From: an uncultured Bacillota bacterium
Lineage (GTDB): Bacteria; Bacillota; DTU025; MWDF01
Reading direction: 5' to 3'
Length of the DNA stretch: 64,000 nt
Assembly: GCA_963823655.1 (NCBI GenBank)
Contig: CAWGMK010000010.1
Location: 160,001 to 224,000 of the forward strand
Positions 9,714 through 20,746 of the stretch are shown piece after piece. Below the pieces are notes generated by a model. That model had not been told where the DNA came from and made no database searches. It worked only from the letters and a program-made list of their open reading frames with translations. Position 1 is the first letter of the stretch; each line of letters starts with the position of its first letter. Made by a program: the position numbers and the translations under genes.

Positions 9714-10665
9714 TTGCGAAGATTCCACCTGCTGAAACTGCTAATGATTACAGCCCTCCTTCTAATGGTCCTGATAACCACGAATACTGCCGCCGCCAGC
9801 GGCACATGGACCGAATCGAAGATGCAATATGGCGGCTATGAGAGGGAATATGCCGTCTATGTCCCGTCGAACTGGGTTCGCGGAGGCCCCGTTTTCGTAT
9901 TCTTCCACGGCTTCACGCTCGGATATAAGGATTATAGGAAAGGCACCGGCATAATCGAGGCGGCAGACAAGTATGCCACCGCGCTGATAATGCCAAACGC
10001 CCTTCCTATTAAGCTGAAGAGGGCGCCCTGGCTTCTCAATCCCCGGGTCTGGGACATGGGGCAGGTCACCGACAGGAATGAGTTCATAGACGATGCAGCA
10101 TTCGTAGATCAGCTTATAAAGGACGTTTCGGCGCAGATAGGGGCAGACACCTCCCGCATCTTTCTGGGGGGCCATTCCAACGGAGCGTTCTTCGCCCATC
10201 ATATGGCCGGCAAATTTCCCGGCCGCTTCGCCGGCCTAACGTCAATAATGGGAAGGTACTACAAAGCGACCGTGCCCGAAATCCATTTACCCGCTGCCTA
10301 CAGTAATCATCAATGGACTACAGGATCCGATATTGCCCATAGACGGGACTACTGGCACCAAACCGCAGCAGAACGTCCCCGCCGCCCAGGAGAACATAGA
10401 TCTCTGGGCCTCGCTGATGGGCCTGGAAGCTGAACCTTTGAAATCGGACATCAAGGAGGGCGGCTACCAGCTAATCTATAAAGACGCGCTCGGCCGCTCA
10501 ATGCTGCTTGCAGTATATGTGGACAAGCAGGGACACTGGATACCTGGGGCAAAGCTTGCGGCCTTCCAATCGTTCTTCGGCGGGCCGATAAATATGAGCT
10601 ACGCAGCCTTCGACCGCGCCTGGGGGCTTCTGATCGGCTCGGGCCCGCAGGGGTTAAGCCTTTAG
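9714..10665 (+). CDS. Secreted LpqC/PHB-depolymerase-like esterase (alpha/beta hydrolase; frameshift ~10290)
   Basis: Signal peptide, REYAVYVP, FFHG, DDAAFV, nucleophile GHSNG, GHWIPG in the second frame. Confidence 0.8.
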
Positions 10666-10715
10666 TGCTGGCGCCTGCTTGCCGGATCGCGGTCTTAAGT
10701 TGAGCGTCGCCAAAA

Positions 10716-10744
10716 TTGACATAGCGGCCATGGATTGGTAAAAT
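10716..10744 (+). promoter_or_regulatory. Sigma70-type promoter of tRNA-Thr
   Basis: TTGACA-17 nt-TAAAAT. Confidence 0.8.
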
Positions 10745-10763
10745 CAAATTTGCGTTAGAGCAT

Positions 10764-10838
10764 GCCGGTGTAGCTCAGTGGTAGAGCAGCGCATTCGTAA
10801 TGCGCGGGTCGCGGGTTCAACTCCCATCACCGGCTCCA
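10764..10838 (+). tRNA. tRNA-Thr (CGT)
   Basis: Acceptor GCCGGTG/CACCGGC, anticodon arm GCGCA-TTCGTAA-TGCGC, CCA; one T-stem mismatch. Confidence 0.93.
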
Positions 10839-10911
10839 TATTGTTCATTTGCCGCGGCGGACTTCAATCCCTGCGGCTTTAACATTATCTAAGAGGCTAG
10901 GGGTGGCACAG

Positions 10912-11361
10912 ATGAGGCTGGACCTTCACGGCATGAGGACGCGCGATGCGATAGACCGCTTCATATACGAATATAACAGGACTGTGGGTGCAGGCGGCGA
11001 GAGGATGGAAGTCGTGCACGGTTACGGTTCATCAGGCGTGGGTGGGGACATCAAGGGCGCCCTTTGCGCCTTGCTTGATGCGCATGCCTCCAAGGTAAGG
11101 TATATTAAAGGTGAGTCACTGGGTAATAAAGGAATTACTGTAGTCATTCCAGATGGTGCGCTGCCTTCAAGGCAGTACGCCCTGGACCCGGTGGTTGGAA
11201 GCGCGCTTTCGATAAAGCCTGTTAGCGTAGCCGCAATAGAGCAGAAGCTGAGCGGGCTTGCGACCGCGGATGAGATCCAAAGAAGCCTTGCGGCGCTCGT
11301 TTCGAACGGGAAAGCCATAAAAGTGATACAGACCGGAAGGCTCTTATACGCGAAGAAATAG
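10912..11361 (+). CDS. Stand-alone Smr-domain protein
   Basis: LDLHGM, VVHGYGS, NKGITVV. Confidence 0.85.
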   Translation: MRLDLHGMRTRDAIDRFIYEYNRTVGAGGERMEVVHGYGSSGVGGDIKGALCALLDAHASKVRYIKGESLGNKGITVVIPDGALPSRQYALDPVVGSALSIKPVSVAAIEQKLSGLATADEIQRSLAALVSNGKAIKVIQTGRLLYAKK

Positions 11362-11376
11362 GACGGGGGGATCAGT

Positions 11377-11763
11377 TTGGCAGATTTGGACGTGTATGAT
11401 TACACGCTGAAGATCGACAAAGCGGGGCTCGCCAGGATATACAACGAGGCGGGCGAGCTTGACAGGCCGGAAGAATCAGTCGGCTACTTGCTGGTAGGGA
11501 TTTTAAGCTGCATGGGGCTTACTTGTAGATCGATACTCGAGAAGATGAAGATCGAATACGGCAAGATCATCATGAACGGCAAGGTCCACATGGTAGATGA
11601 CAATATCAGGTACGGCAACAGGATAGAGTGCAAACTGAGCCTTGAGGGCGGTCCAGAGCTGGGCTTAGATGTTAAAGCAAGGATTGCGCAGCTTACGAAG
11701 AAGTACTGCACAGTCTCCGTTACTATAGACAGGCACCCAGAGATAACTCTGGTTATGGAATAA
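11377..11763 (+). CDS. OsmC-family protein
   Basis: LSCMGLT and KYCTVSVT Cys pair. Confidence 0.8.
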   Translation: MADLDVYDYTLKIDKAGLARIYNEAGELDRPEESVGYLLVGILSCMGLTCRSILEKMKIEYGKIIMNGKVHMVDDNIRYGNRIECKLSLEGGPELGLDVKARIAQLTKKYCTVSVTIDRHPEITLVME

Positions 11764-11775
11764 GGTGATTGGGAC

Positions 11776-12399
11776 ATGACAAAACCTACAACGTTCCTGG
11801 TCAAGTTCAAGGACTATCTAATATCCGGGCTTCTGATAGTTGCCCCGATAGTCCTGACCATCTATGTACTGATATGGTCCTTCAACCTGCTAGACGGCAT
11901 ACTCGGCCCTCTCATCTATAACCTGCTCGGCCGCAGACTCCCCGGAATAGGCCTTATTGCAGGCATATTGATAACTCTTTTCGCGGGCTTTTTGACTCGC
12001 GGCTGGCTTGCCAAGAGGGTTATGAAATGGGCTGAGGCTACCGTATCCAGGCTGCCTTTGGTGAGGCCTCTCTACGGTACAATAAAGCAGCTTACCAGCG
12101 CCCTTCTGTCCGGCAGCGACAAGAACCTTTTCAAAAGGGTTGTGCTGCTGGAGTATCCAAGGAAGGGGCTATGGAGCATAGGTTTCGTAACATCGGAGGA
12201 AGATAGCGCCCTCAACCGCGAGCTTTCTGAGAAAGCCGGAAAGAAGCTGGTCTCGGTTTTCGTAGTATCATCTCCCAACCCGACGACTGGATGGCTGACC
12301 CTTGCCCCGGAAGAGGAACTAACGACTCTGAACATCAACGTCGAAGAGGCTCTTAAGCTGGTGGTATCAGGCGGCTATATCAAGCCCGAGGAGAAGTAG
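11776..12399 (+). CDS. DUF502 membrane protein
   Basis: F-x-RVVLLEYPRKG, SPNPTTG, VEEALKLVVSGG. Confidence 0.9.
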   Translation: MTKPTTFLVKFKDYLISGLLIVAPIVLTIYVLIWSFNLLDGILGPLIYNLLGRRLPGIGLIAGILITLFAGFLTRGWLAKRVMKWAEATVSRLPLVRPLYGTIKQLTSALLSGSDKNLFKRVVLLEYPRKGLWSIGFVTSEEDSALNRELSEKAGKKLVSVFVVSSPNPTTGWLTLAPEEELTTLNINVEEALKLVVSGGYIKPEEK

Positions 12400-12417
12400 C
12401 GAAAGCGGTAAAGAAAC

Positions 12418-12457
12418 AAGCGCCGCAGGTTGGATCCAATCCCGCCTGTGGCGCTTT
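12418..12457. terminator. Bidirectional terminator
   Basis: AAGCGCCGCAGG...CCTGTGGCGCTTT between convergent genes. Confidence 0.7.
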
Positions 12458-12479
12458 GCAATGATGTTGGCCTATAAGC

Positions 12480-13691
12480 CTATTCCTCGGGCGCCTCTCC
12501 CAGAGTCACCGAAATCTCCAGGGACTTGCCGTTTCTTATTACCGTTAACTTTACCTTGTCCCCGATTTCGTGCGCCCTTACTTCCTGTGACAGGTTGAAC
12601 TTTCCCTCTGCGGACTTGCCGTCGAATGATTTGATGACATCACCCTTTTTAAGCCCGGCCTTGGCGGCCGGCCCGCCTTCAGCGATGTCCGCCACATATA
12701 TCCCCGCGGTCTCTTCTATATCAAGCTCTGCGGCCGCGTCGGCGTTCAGGGCGTAATACCAGATGCCTATCCAGGGCCTAGCATATTTGCCCGTTGCTTT
12801 CAGCGACTGTATGGCGTCTTTCACCGAATCGATCGACACCGCGAAGCTGATTCCCTGCGCATATGGGATGATGGCCGTATTAATCCCGACTACCCTTCCT
12901 TCCATGTCAAGAAGGGGCCCGCCGCTGTTTCCGGAGTTGATCGCAGCGTCGGTCTGGATGAGCTCGGCCTGGGAAATATCCTCGGCGCCTTGCACGCTTG
13001 AAAGGTTCCTGTTTATCGCGCTGACTATTCCGGCGGTTACGGTATGGTCGAAGCCGTGGGGATTGCCGATGGCAACGACCCATTCGCCGGGTCTAAGATC
13101 GCTAGAATTTCCTAGCACTGCATACGGCAGCCCAGTCGCCTTGACCTTGATCACCGCTACATCGTATGCTGCGTAGCTTCCGACCAGCTCGGCATCAAGG
13201 GTCCTTCCGTCCAGCAGAGTTACTTTTATCTCGTCGACATCGCCGACAACGTGGTGATTGGTTACAATGTAGCCATCGGCAGACAGTATGAAGCCGGATC
13301 CGGATCCCTCTTCCTCATACTCGTAATCTCCGAAGTCCCTGAAGAAATCTCCGAGCGATCCCTGGCCGCCAATGGGCGACTGGGAGACTTTCTTGACTAC
13401 GTCGATCCTGACTACTGCAGGGCTGATCGCCTCGGCTATGTCGGCAATCGGAGGCAGCGCGGACAAGTAGTCCCCGCCCGTCGCCGGAAGGGCCGGCCCT
13501 GAAGCGGCTAATTCGTCATCCGAGCCCAACTCAAGCCCGTCTGTTTCGTTTTCATCGAGCGAATTATCTAATGTGCTCAGCTTTTCGGTTCTCTTATCCC
13601 ATCCGTCATAAAGGACCATTCCGACGGCAAGAAGACATGCAATGATTACGATAAACGATACGACTTTATAAGCTCCGCCTCTTTCGGACAT
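12480..13691 (-). CDS. htrA: HtrA/DegP-like S1C serine protease with PDZ domain
   Basis: TNHHVV, DVAVIK, QTDAAINSGNSGGPL, PDZ; N-terminal TM. Confidence 0.95.
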   Translation of the reverse strand: MSERGGAYKVVSFIVIIACLLAVGMVLYDGWDKRTEKLSTLDNSLDENETDGLELGSDDELAASGPALPATGGDYLSALPPIADIAEAISPAVVRIDVVKKVSQSPIGGQGSLGDFFRDFGDYEYEEEGSGSGFILSADGYIVTNHHVVGDVDEIKVTLLDGRTLDAELVGSYAAYDVAVIKVKATGLPYAVLGNSSDLRPGEWVVAIGNPHGFDHTVTAGIVSAINRNLSSVQGAEDISQAELIQTDAAINSGNSGGPLLDMEGRVVGINTAIIPYAQGISFAVSIDSVKDAIQSLKATGKYARPWIGIWYYALNADAAAELDIEETAGIYVADIAEGGPAAKAGLKKGDVIKSFDGKSAEGKFNLSQEVRAHEIGDKVKLTVIRNGKSLEISVTLGEAPEE

Positions 13692-13714
13692 TCTATCACT
13701 CCCGTATTAATTGC

Positions 13715-14353
13715 TTACCAGTTGCCCCCGAACGAGGCATTGCTGGCAGTAGGCCTGGTACTATCGAAAGTCTGCACATATCTCGACAGCCTTGCATCCT
13801 CTATGTTCAGGCTCAGGTCCGATGTGGAAGCAGTAGCTCCCAGCGTAAGAGAGCCATAGGATGCGCCGCTGATGGTGGCCGTTTCCAGTTCGCCATAGCC
13901 GGCCGGGTTGAGGTCGGGAAGGATGACTTCAGCCGTGTCGTCAGACAGGCTCGTTATGGCATCCTTTGTTACTAGCCCCGCAATCGCTCCCCCGATATCC
14001 ACTTTAAATACGAACTGGAGCACGGGAAGGGCGACCAGCGTCCCAACCAGGGCCGCGGGCAGCAGCGCCCTTCCAAGGAATGAGAACAGGCCGAAATGCC
14101 TCTCGTTGGCATACGATGCGGCCGCTTCCACTTCCAGGGCCCTTGCCCTGATAATCCCCATATCGAACAGGCCTTCCGGCACTTCGGCGGGTTCAAGTTC
14201 CTCTAAGGCCGACTTGATCCTCTCGAACTCGTCAAGAAGCCTTGCGCATTCGGCGCACCCGATTATGTGCCGCTTTACCATAGCGGATTCCTCAGGCGAC
14301 AGCTCCCTGTCAAGATAGGCCGACAACAGCCTCTCATACTTGCTGCAAGTCAT
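13715..14353 (-). CDS. Zinc-finger (zf-HC2) anti-sigma factor
   Basis: LSAYLD...HxxxCxxC (HIIGCAEC) plus TM; adjacent to ECF sigma. Confidence 0.88.
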   Translation of the reverse strand: MTCSKYERLLSAYLDRELSPEESAMVKRHIIGCAECARLLDEFERIKSALEELEPAEVPEGLFDMGIIRARALEVEAAASYANERHFGLFSFLGRALLPAALVGTLVALPVLQFVFKVDIGGAIAGLVTKDAITSLSDDTAEVILPDLNPAGYGELETATISGASYGSLTLGATASTSDLSLNIEDARLSRYVQTFDSTRPTASNASFGGNW

Positions 14354-14956
14354 CTAATTGTTCCTCCTTTGGGCGTCGAAATGAGGCGAAAGGGCCTCTC
14401 TTAAGGCCTTCCTCGCCCTGTGCAGCCTGCTGCGCACGGTTCCGATGGAGGTGTTCATGATGCCTGCTATCTCCTCATAGGAGAAGCCTTCGATGTCGCA
14501 GAGTATGACCACCATCCTGAATTCCGGCTGCAGTGCGTTCAGGGCTGCCGACACCCTGCTGTCCATCGCGTTCTTGTTCAGAACAAGATAGGGATCCGCC
14601 TCATAATCGGGCAGTTCCCTTTGCATGCTTCCCTCTTCGGTGCGCACGGGGGCGTCGTAAGACTCAGTCTCCGGGCGCCTTTTCCTCTTCCTCACTTCGT
14701 CAATAAACAGGTTCGTGACTATCCTGTAGAGCCACTTGTCGAAGGCCGTATCCTTCTTGTAGCTGTCAAATGACCTGTAAGCCCTCACGAACGCGTCCTG
14801 TGCCAGGTCCTTCGCGTCTTCGTGGTTGCCCGTCATCCTGAGCGCCGCATTATAAACCGAGCCCTGGTGCTTGCGCATCAGGCCTTCGAATTCTTCGGTC
14901 CTGGACATCCCGCCGGCGGTCGTCACAAATGTGCGCTCGGCAAGAAGCTGCAACAT
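14354..14956 (-). CDS. ECF RNA polymerase sigma factor
   Basis: DAKDLAQDAF, FDKWLYRI, SYEEIA...GTVRSRLHRAR. Confidence 0.95.
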   Translation of the reverse strand: MLQLLAERTFVTTAGGMSRTEEFEGLMRKHQGSVYNAALRMTGNHEDAKDLAQDAFVRAYRSFDSYKKDTAFDKWLYRIVTNLFIDEVRKRKRRPETESYDAPVRTEEGSMQRELPDYEADPYLVLNKNAMDSRVSAALNALQPEFRMVVILCDIEGFSYEEIAGIMNTSIGTVRSRLHRARKALREALSPHFDAQRRNN

Positions 14957-15105
14957 ACCTTTTCCTCCAGTACTTGGCACCTCGCGCCAAAATTGACTAG
15001 AAACATCGTTCAGTTCAAAATAACGATAGGAATATGCGGGTTGTTCCCGTATTCCTATTAGTAATTATAACCTACAGGGCCGCGGCTCAGAACGGCAGGT
15101 GGAAT

Positions 15106-16410
15106 GTGACGCCTTCAAAGAACGCAATCGAAAGGCTCCCGGCGCTCGGCGCCCTGCCTGAAAGGGTTAGGAAGGTGCTGTCCTCGCTTCAAGGCGACGG
15201 AAACGTTGCCTACATAGTCGGCGGCGCCATAAGGGACATTTTTTTGAAAGGCTCGACCGATGACTGGGACATCGCAACTTCCGCAAGGCCCGAGCGCGTT
15301 AAAGAACTGTTCCCTCATAATGCACCCGCTTGGCGAGCGCCACGGCTCCATTATGGCAATATTCGAGGACGGGAACGTGGACATAACCACTTTCAGGACC
15401 GAGGCGGGCTACAGCGACTCCAGAAGGCCGGATGCGGTCAGCTTCGTGGGCGACATCGAAGAGGACCTTTCAAGGAGAGATTTCACGATAAACGCCATGG
15501 CTTGGGATCCTTCAGGCAACCGCCTTTTAGACCCGTTCGACGGTCTTGACGATCTGCGCGCCGGGATCATACGGACCGTAGGGGACCCCCTTCTGAGGTT
15601 CTCTGAGGATGCGCTCCGCATGATTAGGGCGCTGAGGTTCGCATCCCTGCTTTGCTTCGAAATCCATTCCGACACTGAAGCTGCGATAGGAAGGCTCTCA
15701 GGAACCATTGGCAAGGTATCTGCCGAAAGGAAGGCAGTAGAACTGGGGCGAATGCTGTCGGGGCTATGTGCGCCCAAGGCCCTGGCACTTTTCATACGGC
15801 TCGGGCTTGCCTCAAGCCAATTTCCGACCCTGGACGGAAACGGGATGTTGAAAGCAGCAGAGCATATTGGAGAGCTATCGCAGAAGCCCCTTCTGCGCCT
15901 GACGGCGTTTCTGGCCTGCGGGGACAAGCTTGGCCCGCAAAGGGTGGATGAGAATATAAGGTCCAGGTTCGATGAGCTGAAGATGCCGAGGCTCGCCAAA
16001 ATACATGCGGCGAAGCTGGCGGAATCTTTGTACGAGGGATACGCCCTTGCCGACGGGCCGTCGATCAGGAAATGGGCCGCCCTTCTGGGCTGGGATGCCT
16101 TGGAAGAGGGATTGGAGCTTAGATCCTGGTATGACAGATTCATAAGGCTCAAGAAGGATTGGAAGGATGACGTCGAAAGAGTGAAAGGGGTGCTTGCGGT
16201 AAAGCCCCCTCTTACAAAAGACGAGATGAAGATCAGCGGCTCCGATATAGTAAGCCTTCTGGGCGGCAAGACCGGACCGATGGTGAAAGCGCTTATGAAC
16301 AGGCTGTATCTGGACGTGCTGGATTCCCCGAGCTCAACGACAAAGAGAAGCTGATGTTATTGGCTTTGATGTATCTAAAAGGTGATGAAGGCGGAGGTGT
16401 CAGACAATGA
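15106..16410 (+). CDS. cca: CCA tRNA nucleotidyltransferase (frameshifts ~15320, ~16330)
   Basis: IVGGAIRD, DWDIAT, EEDLSRRDFTINAMA, RFSEDALRMIRALRF; repaired end overlaps the next ATG (ATGA). Confidence 0.88.
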
Positions 16411-17552
16411 GGATCGTACTAGCCCCCGATTCCTTTAAAGGCTGCCTAACGGCCGTGCAGGTCTGCAATGCTCTGGAAAGCGGCATTAAGAGATCCTTTC
16501 CGGACGCCGAGATAGTTAAGGTGCCCATGGCCGACGGCGGCGAGGGTACGGTCCAATCGCTGGTAGACGCATCAGACGGCAGGATAGTGGAGGCTATGGT
16601 CACCGACCCGCTCGGAAGGAAGATCAAATCCTTTTTCGGCATAATGGGAGGGGGCAGGACGGCTGTAATAGAGATGGCCGCGGCATCCGGCCTTCCACTT
16701 CTGAGGCTGGGCGAGCGCAACCCCCGCATGACTACAACAAGGGGCACAGGGGATCTTGTACTTGCGGCACTCAACGAGGGTTGCCACAAGATCATAATGG
16801 GCATAGGCGGTTCAGCCACGAACGACGGGGGAAGGGGCATGGCCGAGGCACTGGGCGTGCGTTTCCTCGGGAAGGACGGCAAAACTCTTGAGACTCCCGG
16901 CGGCGGCGCGCTGCACGATTTGGACAGGATAGACGTAAGCGGCATGGACCCGAGGGTCAAGGACACGGAGTTCACGGTCGCCTGCGACGTCGACAATCCT
17001 CTAACAGGCCCGAAAGGGGCTGCTGCCGTTTACGGCCCGCAGAAGGGGGCGAACCCGGCTGATGTCGAGTTCCTGGATGCGGCTCTCGTGAGGTACGCTA
17101 AAATCATAGAAGCCCAGCTTGGAAAGAACATTAAGGACATTCCTGGGGCGGGTGCCGCAGGAGGCCTGGGCGCCGGCCTTATGACGTTCTGCGATGCCAC
17201 ATTGAAGCGCGGCGTGGAGATCGTTGTGGAGGCGACCCACCTGGTCGAGAAGTGCAAGGGTGCTGACCTGGTTATAAGCGGCGAGGGGAGGACGGACTTC
17301 CAGACGAAGTTCGGGAAGACCCCCATGGGAGTCGCAAAGGCGGCCAAGGTTCACGGAATTCCTGTTATACTAATCAGCGGCGGACTTGCCTCGGGTGCCA
17401 GGGACCTGTATGAGGTAGGGGTTGACGCGTTGTTCGGGATACCGAACATGCCCATGCCGCTTGAGACATCGCTGAAAGAGGCGCCGGCGCTTCTTGCCGA
17501 AGCCGCGGAGAACGTACTTAGGACTTTCGCCGCTGGTAGAGGCTTGGAGTAA
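16407..17552 (+). CDS. glxK: Glycerate kinase
   Basis: APDSFKG, PMADGGEG, GGSATNDGG, GPQKGA, GAGAAGGLG, GEGRTD. Confidence 0.95.
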   Translation: MRIVLAPDSFKGCLTAVQVCNALESGIKRSFPDAEIVKVPMADGGEGTVQSLVDASDGRIVEAMVTDPLGRKIKSFFGIMGGGRTAVIEMAAASGLPLLRLGERNPRMTTTRGTGDLVLAALNEGCHKIIMGIGGSATNDGGRGMAEALGVRFLGKDGKTLETPGGGALHDLDRIDVSGMDPRVKDTEFTVACDVDNPLTGPKGAAAVYGPQKGANPADVEFLDAALVRYAKIIEAQLGKNIKDIPGAGAAGGLGAGLMTFCDATLKRGVEIVVEATHLVEKCKGADLVISGEGRTDFQTKFGKTPMGVAKAAKVHGIPVILISGGLASGARDLYEVGVDALFGIPNMPMPLETSLKEAPALLAEAAENVLRTFAAGRGLE

Positions 17553-17591
17553 CCGAACGGGTCCGGATTCTCGGGCCCTTGGAGGAATTTT

Positions 17592-19022
17592 ATGGCGACC
17601 GAGAGACAGAAAGAAATCCTGCGCTCCTTCGAAGGGGCCCGCGTAGCCGTAACGGGCTTGGCGCGCACCAGCGTGCCCCTGGTAAGGGTGCTTTCGCGCG
17701 CAGGCGCGAGGATAACCGTATTCGACAAGAAGCCGGCAGAGGCGCTAAAACCCCAGACTGACCAGCTTGCCGGCTATGTATATGAGCTGAGGGCCGGTTC
17801 TGATTCCTTTGAGGGCATAGACTGCTATGACTATGTTTTCCCATCGCCCGGCATCAACCCCGACAGGCCGGATTTCCTTGCGGCAAGGGACGCCGGAGTG
17901 AAGTTCAGGTATGAGATCGAACTTACGATGCAGCTTGCCGAGTGCACTGTCATCGGAATCACAGGAAGCTCCGGTAAGACCACCACTACAACCCTGACCG
18001 GCCTTATCATGGAGAGGGCCTGCAAAAGGCTAGGCAAGGGGAAAGTGCTAGTCGGAGGCAATATAGGGCAGCCGCTGGTTGAAGCGGTCCTGGATGCAGG
18101 CAAAGACGATTTCATCGTGCTGGAGATGTCCAGCTTCCAGCTCAAGTTCCTGAAGACCAGCCCGGACATAGCCGCGGTGCTCAACATTACGCCAAACCAT
18201 CTGGACGTGCATCCAAGCATGGAGGACTATGTGGCCTCGAAGGCAAATATCCTCGCGTACCAGGGAAAAGAAGCGGTTGCGGTTTTGGGCGCCGATGATG
18301 TGGCGGCCTCTTCGCTCGAGGCTGTGGCCAAGGGCAGGAAGCTCTGGTTCTCGGCGGCGGGCGAAGTGAAAGCAGGAGCCTTCCTCAGGGGCGATGAGCT
18401 GGTACTTCGCCAGAGAGGCAAGGACGATGTCGCGGCCCTTACCAGAGATGACGTCCATTTGCCCGGGATGCACAATGTGCTCAACGTGCTGGCCGCCATG
18501 GCAGTATGCGGCGCGGCAGGCGCACAAGCGTCCGATATGAAAGAGGCAGTCGATGGTTTCCGCGGGGTAGAGCACAGGCTCGAGACTGCGGCGGAGGGCG
18601 GCGGCGTAGTCTACATCAATGATTCGATCGCCACTAGCCCGACAAGGACAATAGCTGCTCTGAAAGCTATGGAGGCGCCAGTGGTGCTTATTGCCGGAGG
18701 GTATGACAAGCACCTCCCCTTCGACGAGATGGCTGAAGTGGCGGTGGGCAAGGTAAGGCATATAGTGACGCTGGGCGTCACGGCAGAGAAGATCGAGGCG
18801 GCCTTCATGGCGGCGTATGCGAAAGCAGGGAAGGGCATACCGCCTATGGAGCGCGCATCAAGCTTCGACGAGGCTGTCTATGCCGCGGCACGAGCCGCCA
18901 AACCCGGAGACATAGTGCTCATGTCGCCTGCGTGCGCAAGCTACGATATGTTCAATAACTTCGAAGAGCGCGGAAGGCGCTTCAAGGAACTTGCAAGGCA
19001 AATCACATCCGGTGGGAGGTAG
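17592..19022 (+). CDS. murD: UDP-MurNAc-L-Ala:D-Glu ligase
   Basis: [44 protein letters not shown]. Confidence 0.96.
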   Translation: MATERQKEILRSFEGARVAVTGLARTSVPLVRVLSRAGARITVFDKKPAEALKPQTDQLAGYVYELRAGSDSFEGIDCYDYVFPSPGINPDRPDFLAARDAGVKFRYEIELTMQLAECTVIGITGSSGKTTTTTLTGLIMERACKRLGKGKVLVGGNIGQPLVEAVLDAGKDDFIVLEMSSFQLKFLKTSPDIAAVLNITPNHLDVHPSMEDYVASKANILAYQGKEAVAVLGADDVAASSLEAVAKGRKLWFSAAGEVKAGAFLRGDELVLRQRGKDDVAALTRDDVHLPGMHNVLNVLAAMAVCGAAGAQASDMKEAVDGFRGVEHRLETAAEGGGVVYINDSIATSPTRTIAALKAMEAPVVLIAGGYDKHLPFDEMAEVAVGKVRHIVTLGVTAEKIEAAFMAAYAKAGKGIPPMERASSFDEAVYAAARAAKPGDIVLMSPACASYDMFNNFEERGRRFKELARQITSGGR

Positions 19023-19026
19023 ACAT

Positions 19027-19887
19027 ATGTCAGCAATCGTAATCGATGGCAAGGCCGTAGCGGCGGAGATCAGGGAAGGTTTGAAACTGGAAGTGGAGGC
19101 TTTCAAAGCCGAGTTCGGGCGCGAACCGGGGTTGGCGGTAGTCATCGTAGGAGATGACCCTGCCAGCAGGACCTATGTGAACAACAAGAAGAAGGGGTGC
19201 GCAGAGCTTGGCATGTATTCCGAGGAATACGCCCTGCCCGAGTCCACGACGCAAGCGGAGCTTGTGGAGCTCGTAAAGAAGCTCAACTGCGACCCGAAGA
19301 TAGACGGCATACTGGTGCAGCTGCCCGTACCCAAGCATATGGACGCCGATGCTGTAATCAGCACAATCGATCCCAAGAAGGACGTCGACGGCTTCCATCC
19401 GGTGAGCGTAGGCAACCTTTTCATAGGAAGGCCGTGCCTTAAGTCCTGCACGCCGGCTGGTATCATGGAGCTTATTAAAAGGAGCGGAATAGACCTTACT
19501 GGAAAGCATGCCGTGGTTGTGGGCAGGAGCAATATCGTTGGCAAACCCGTTTCCATACTGCTTCTTGAGAAGCACGCCACAGTAACGATATGCCATTCCA
19601 GGACGAAGGACCTGGGGGCGGTCTGCCGCACGGCGGATGTGCTGGTAGCAGCCGTCGGCAAGGCGAAGCTAATAAAGGGCGACTGGATCAAGCCGGGGGC
19701 GGTCGTAATCGATGTGGGCACCAACAAAGTCGAAGGCTCCAAGAAGCTTGTCGGTGACGTCGATTTCGACGAGGCCGTTGAAGTAGCCGGATGGATTACC
19801 CCGGTTCCGGGCGGAGTGGGACCCATGACGATAACCATGCTGATGAGCAATACGCTAAAAGCCGCAAGGGCGATAATGGCGAGGTAG
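19027..19887 (+). CDS. folD: Methylene-THF dehydrogenase/methenyl-THF cyclohydrolase
   Basis: [35 protein letters not shown]. Confidence 0.97.
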   Translation: MSAIVIDGKAVAAEIREGLKLEVEAFKAEFGREPGLAVVIVGDDPASRTYVNNKKKGCAELGMYSEEYALPESTTQAELVELVKKLNCDPKIDGILVQLPVPKHMDADAVISTIDPKKDVDGFHPVSVGNLFIGRPCLKSCTPAGIMELIKRSGIDLTGKHAVVVGRSNIVGKPVSILLLEKHATVTICHSRTKDLGAVCRTADVLVAAVGKAKLIKGDWIKPGAVVIDVGTNKVEGSKKLVGDVDFDEAVEVAGWITPVPGGVGPMTITMLMSNTLKAARAIMAR

Positions 19888-19889
19888 CT

Positions 19890-20612
19890 ATGATGGCTCA
19901 TGGCATGAAGGCCTGCCTGGCAGAAATATTGAAAGAGGAGCCCATAGTCAACTATGGGTTCCTCAAATATCTGGACAAGTACGAGATAAAAAGGTCCGCT
20001 ACATGCGGTTCGTCCTGCGCTGCGGCCTTCAGCTTTGATGGCGAGATCTTCGGTGCGCTCTACTCGAGGGACGAGGCAGAGGCGAAGCAGCTCTCCCACA
20101 TATTCGACGGTATAACAGGCATTGCGATAGAGCCTGCTTTCCCCTGGAGCCCGAAGGCAATCCTGGGAGACAGGGAACCGAAAGGGATGCTCAATGCCGC
20201 CATGCTCTACCTGCCGGATGGAGTAATAGTGCCGGAGGCGTCGTCTGATCCGGTTGTGATAGGTGTCGAGCATACGGAGACGGTATGGAAGAACTACAAA
20301 AGGGCCGAGCACGTTGACATAGCATATATCAGGGAGAGACTAGCTGAAGGGCCCGCAGTCGGCATCTTCAGGGACGGCAATCTGGTCGGCTGGGCTTTGA
20401 CGCACGACGATATGGCCATGGGAATGCTCACTGTGCTGCCGGAGTACAGGAGGCAGGGCATAGCACTCGATATTACGCTTGCCCTTATTGCCCGCATGCG
20501 TGAGTTGGGGGAGGTCCCGATTGTCCACATCTCGAAGGACAACACCATGTCGATGCCGCTTGTAAAGAAGCTCGGCTTCGTAGAGATCTGCGACGTCATG
20601 TTCCTAGAATAG
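19890..20612 (+). CDS. GNAT acetyltransferase (FR47-like)
   Basis: VLPEYRRQGIA acetyl-CoA motif, KKLGF. Confidence 0.85.
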   Translation: MMAHGMKACLAEILKEEPIVNYGFLKYLDKYEIKRSATCGSSCAAAFSFDGEIFGALYSRDEAEAKQLSHIFDGITGIAIEPAFPWSPKAILGDREPKGMLNAAMLYLPDGVIVPEASSDPVVIGVEHTETVWKNYKRAEHVDIAYIRERLAEGPAVGIFRDGNLVGWALTHDDMAMGMLTVLPEYRRQGIALDITLALIARMRELGEVPIVHISKDNTMSMPLVKKLGFVEICDVMFLE

Positions 20613-20746
20613 CTTCAGACAGGCCAGCTTTATTGCGCAATATGTTTCTGTTTTAAATAATCACGCCGATATTTCCCGCGTTGAAGGAATTCGAATCCTG
20701 ATATTGAAAGAGTAAACATCCTCGAAAGATTATTGGGGGTGTTCTC

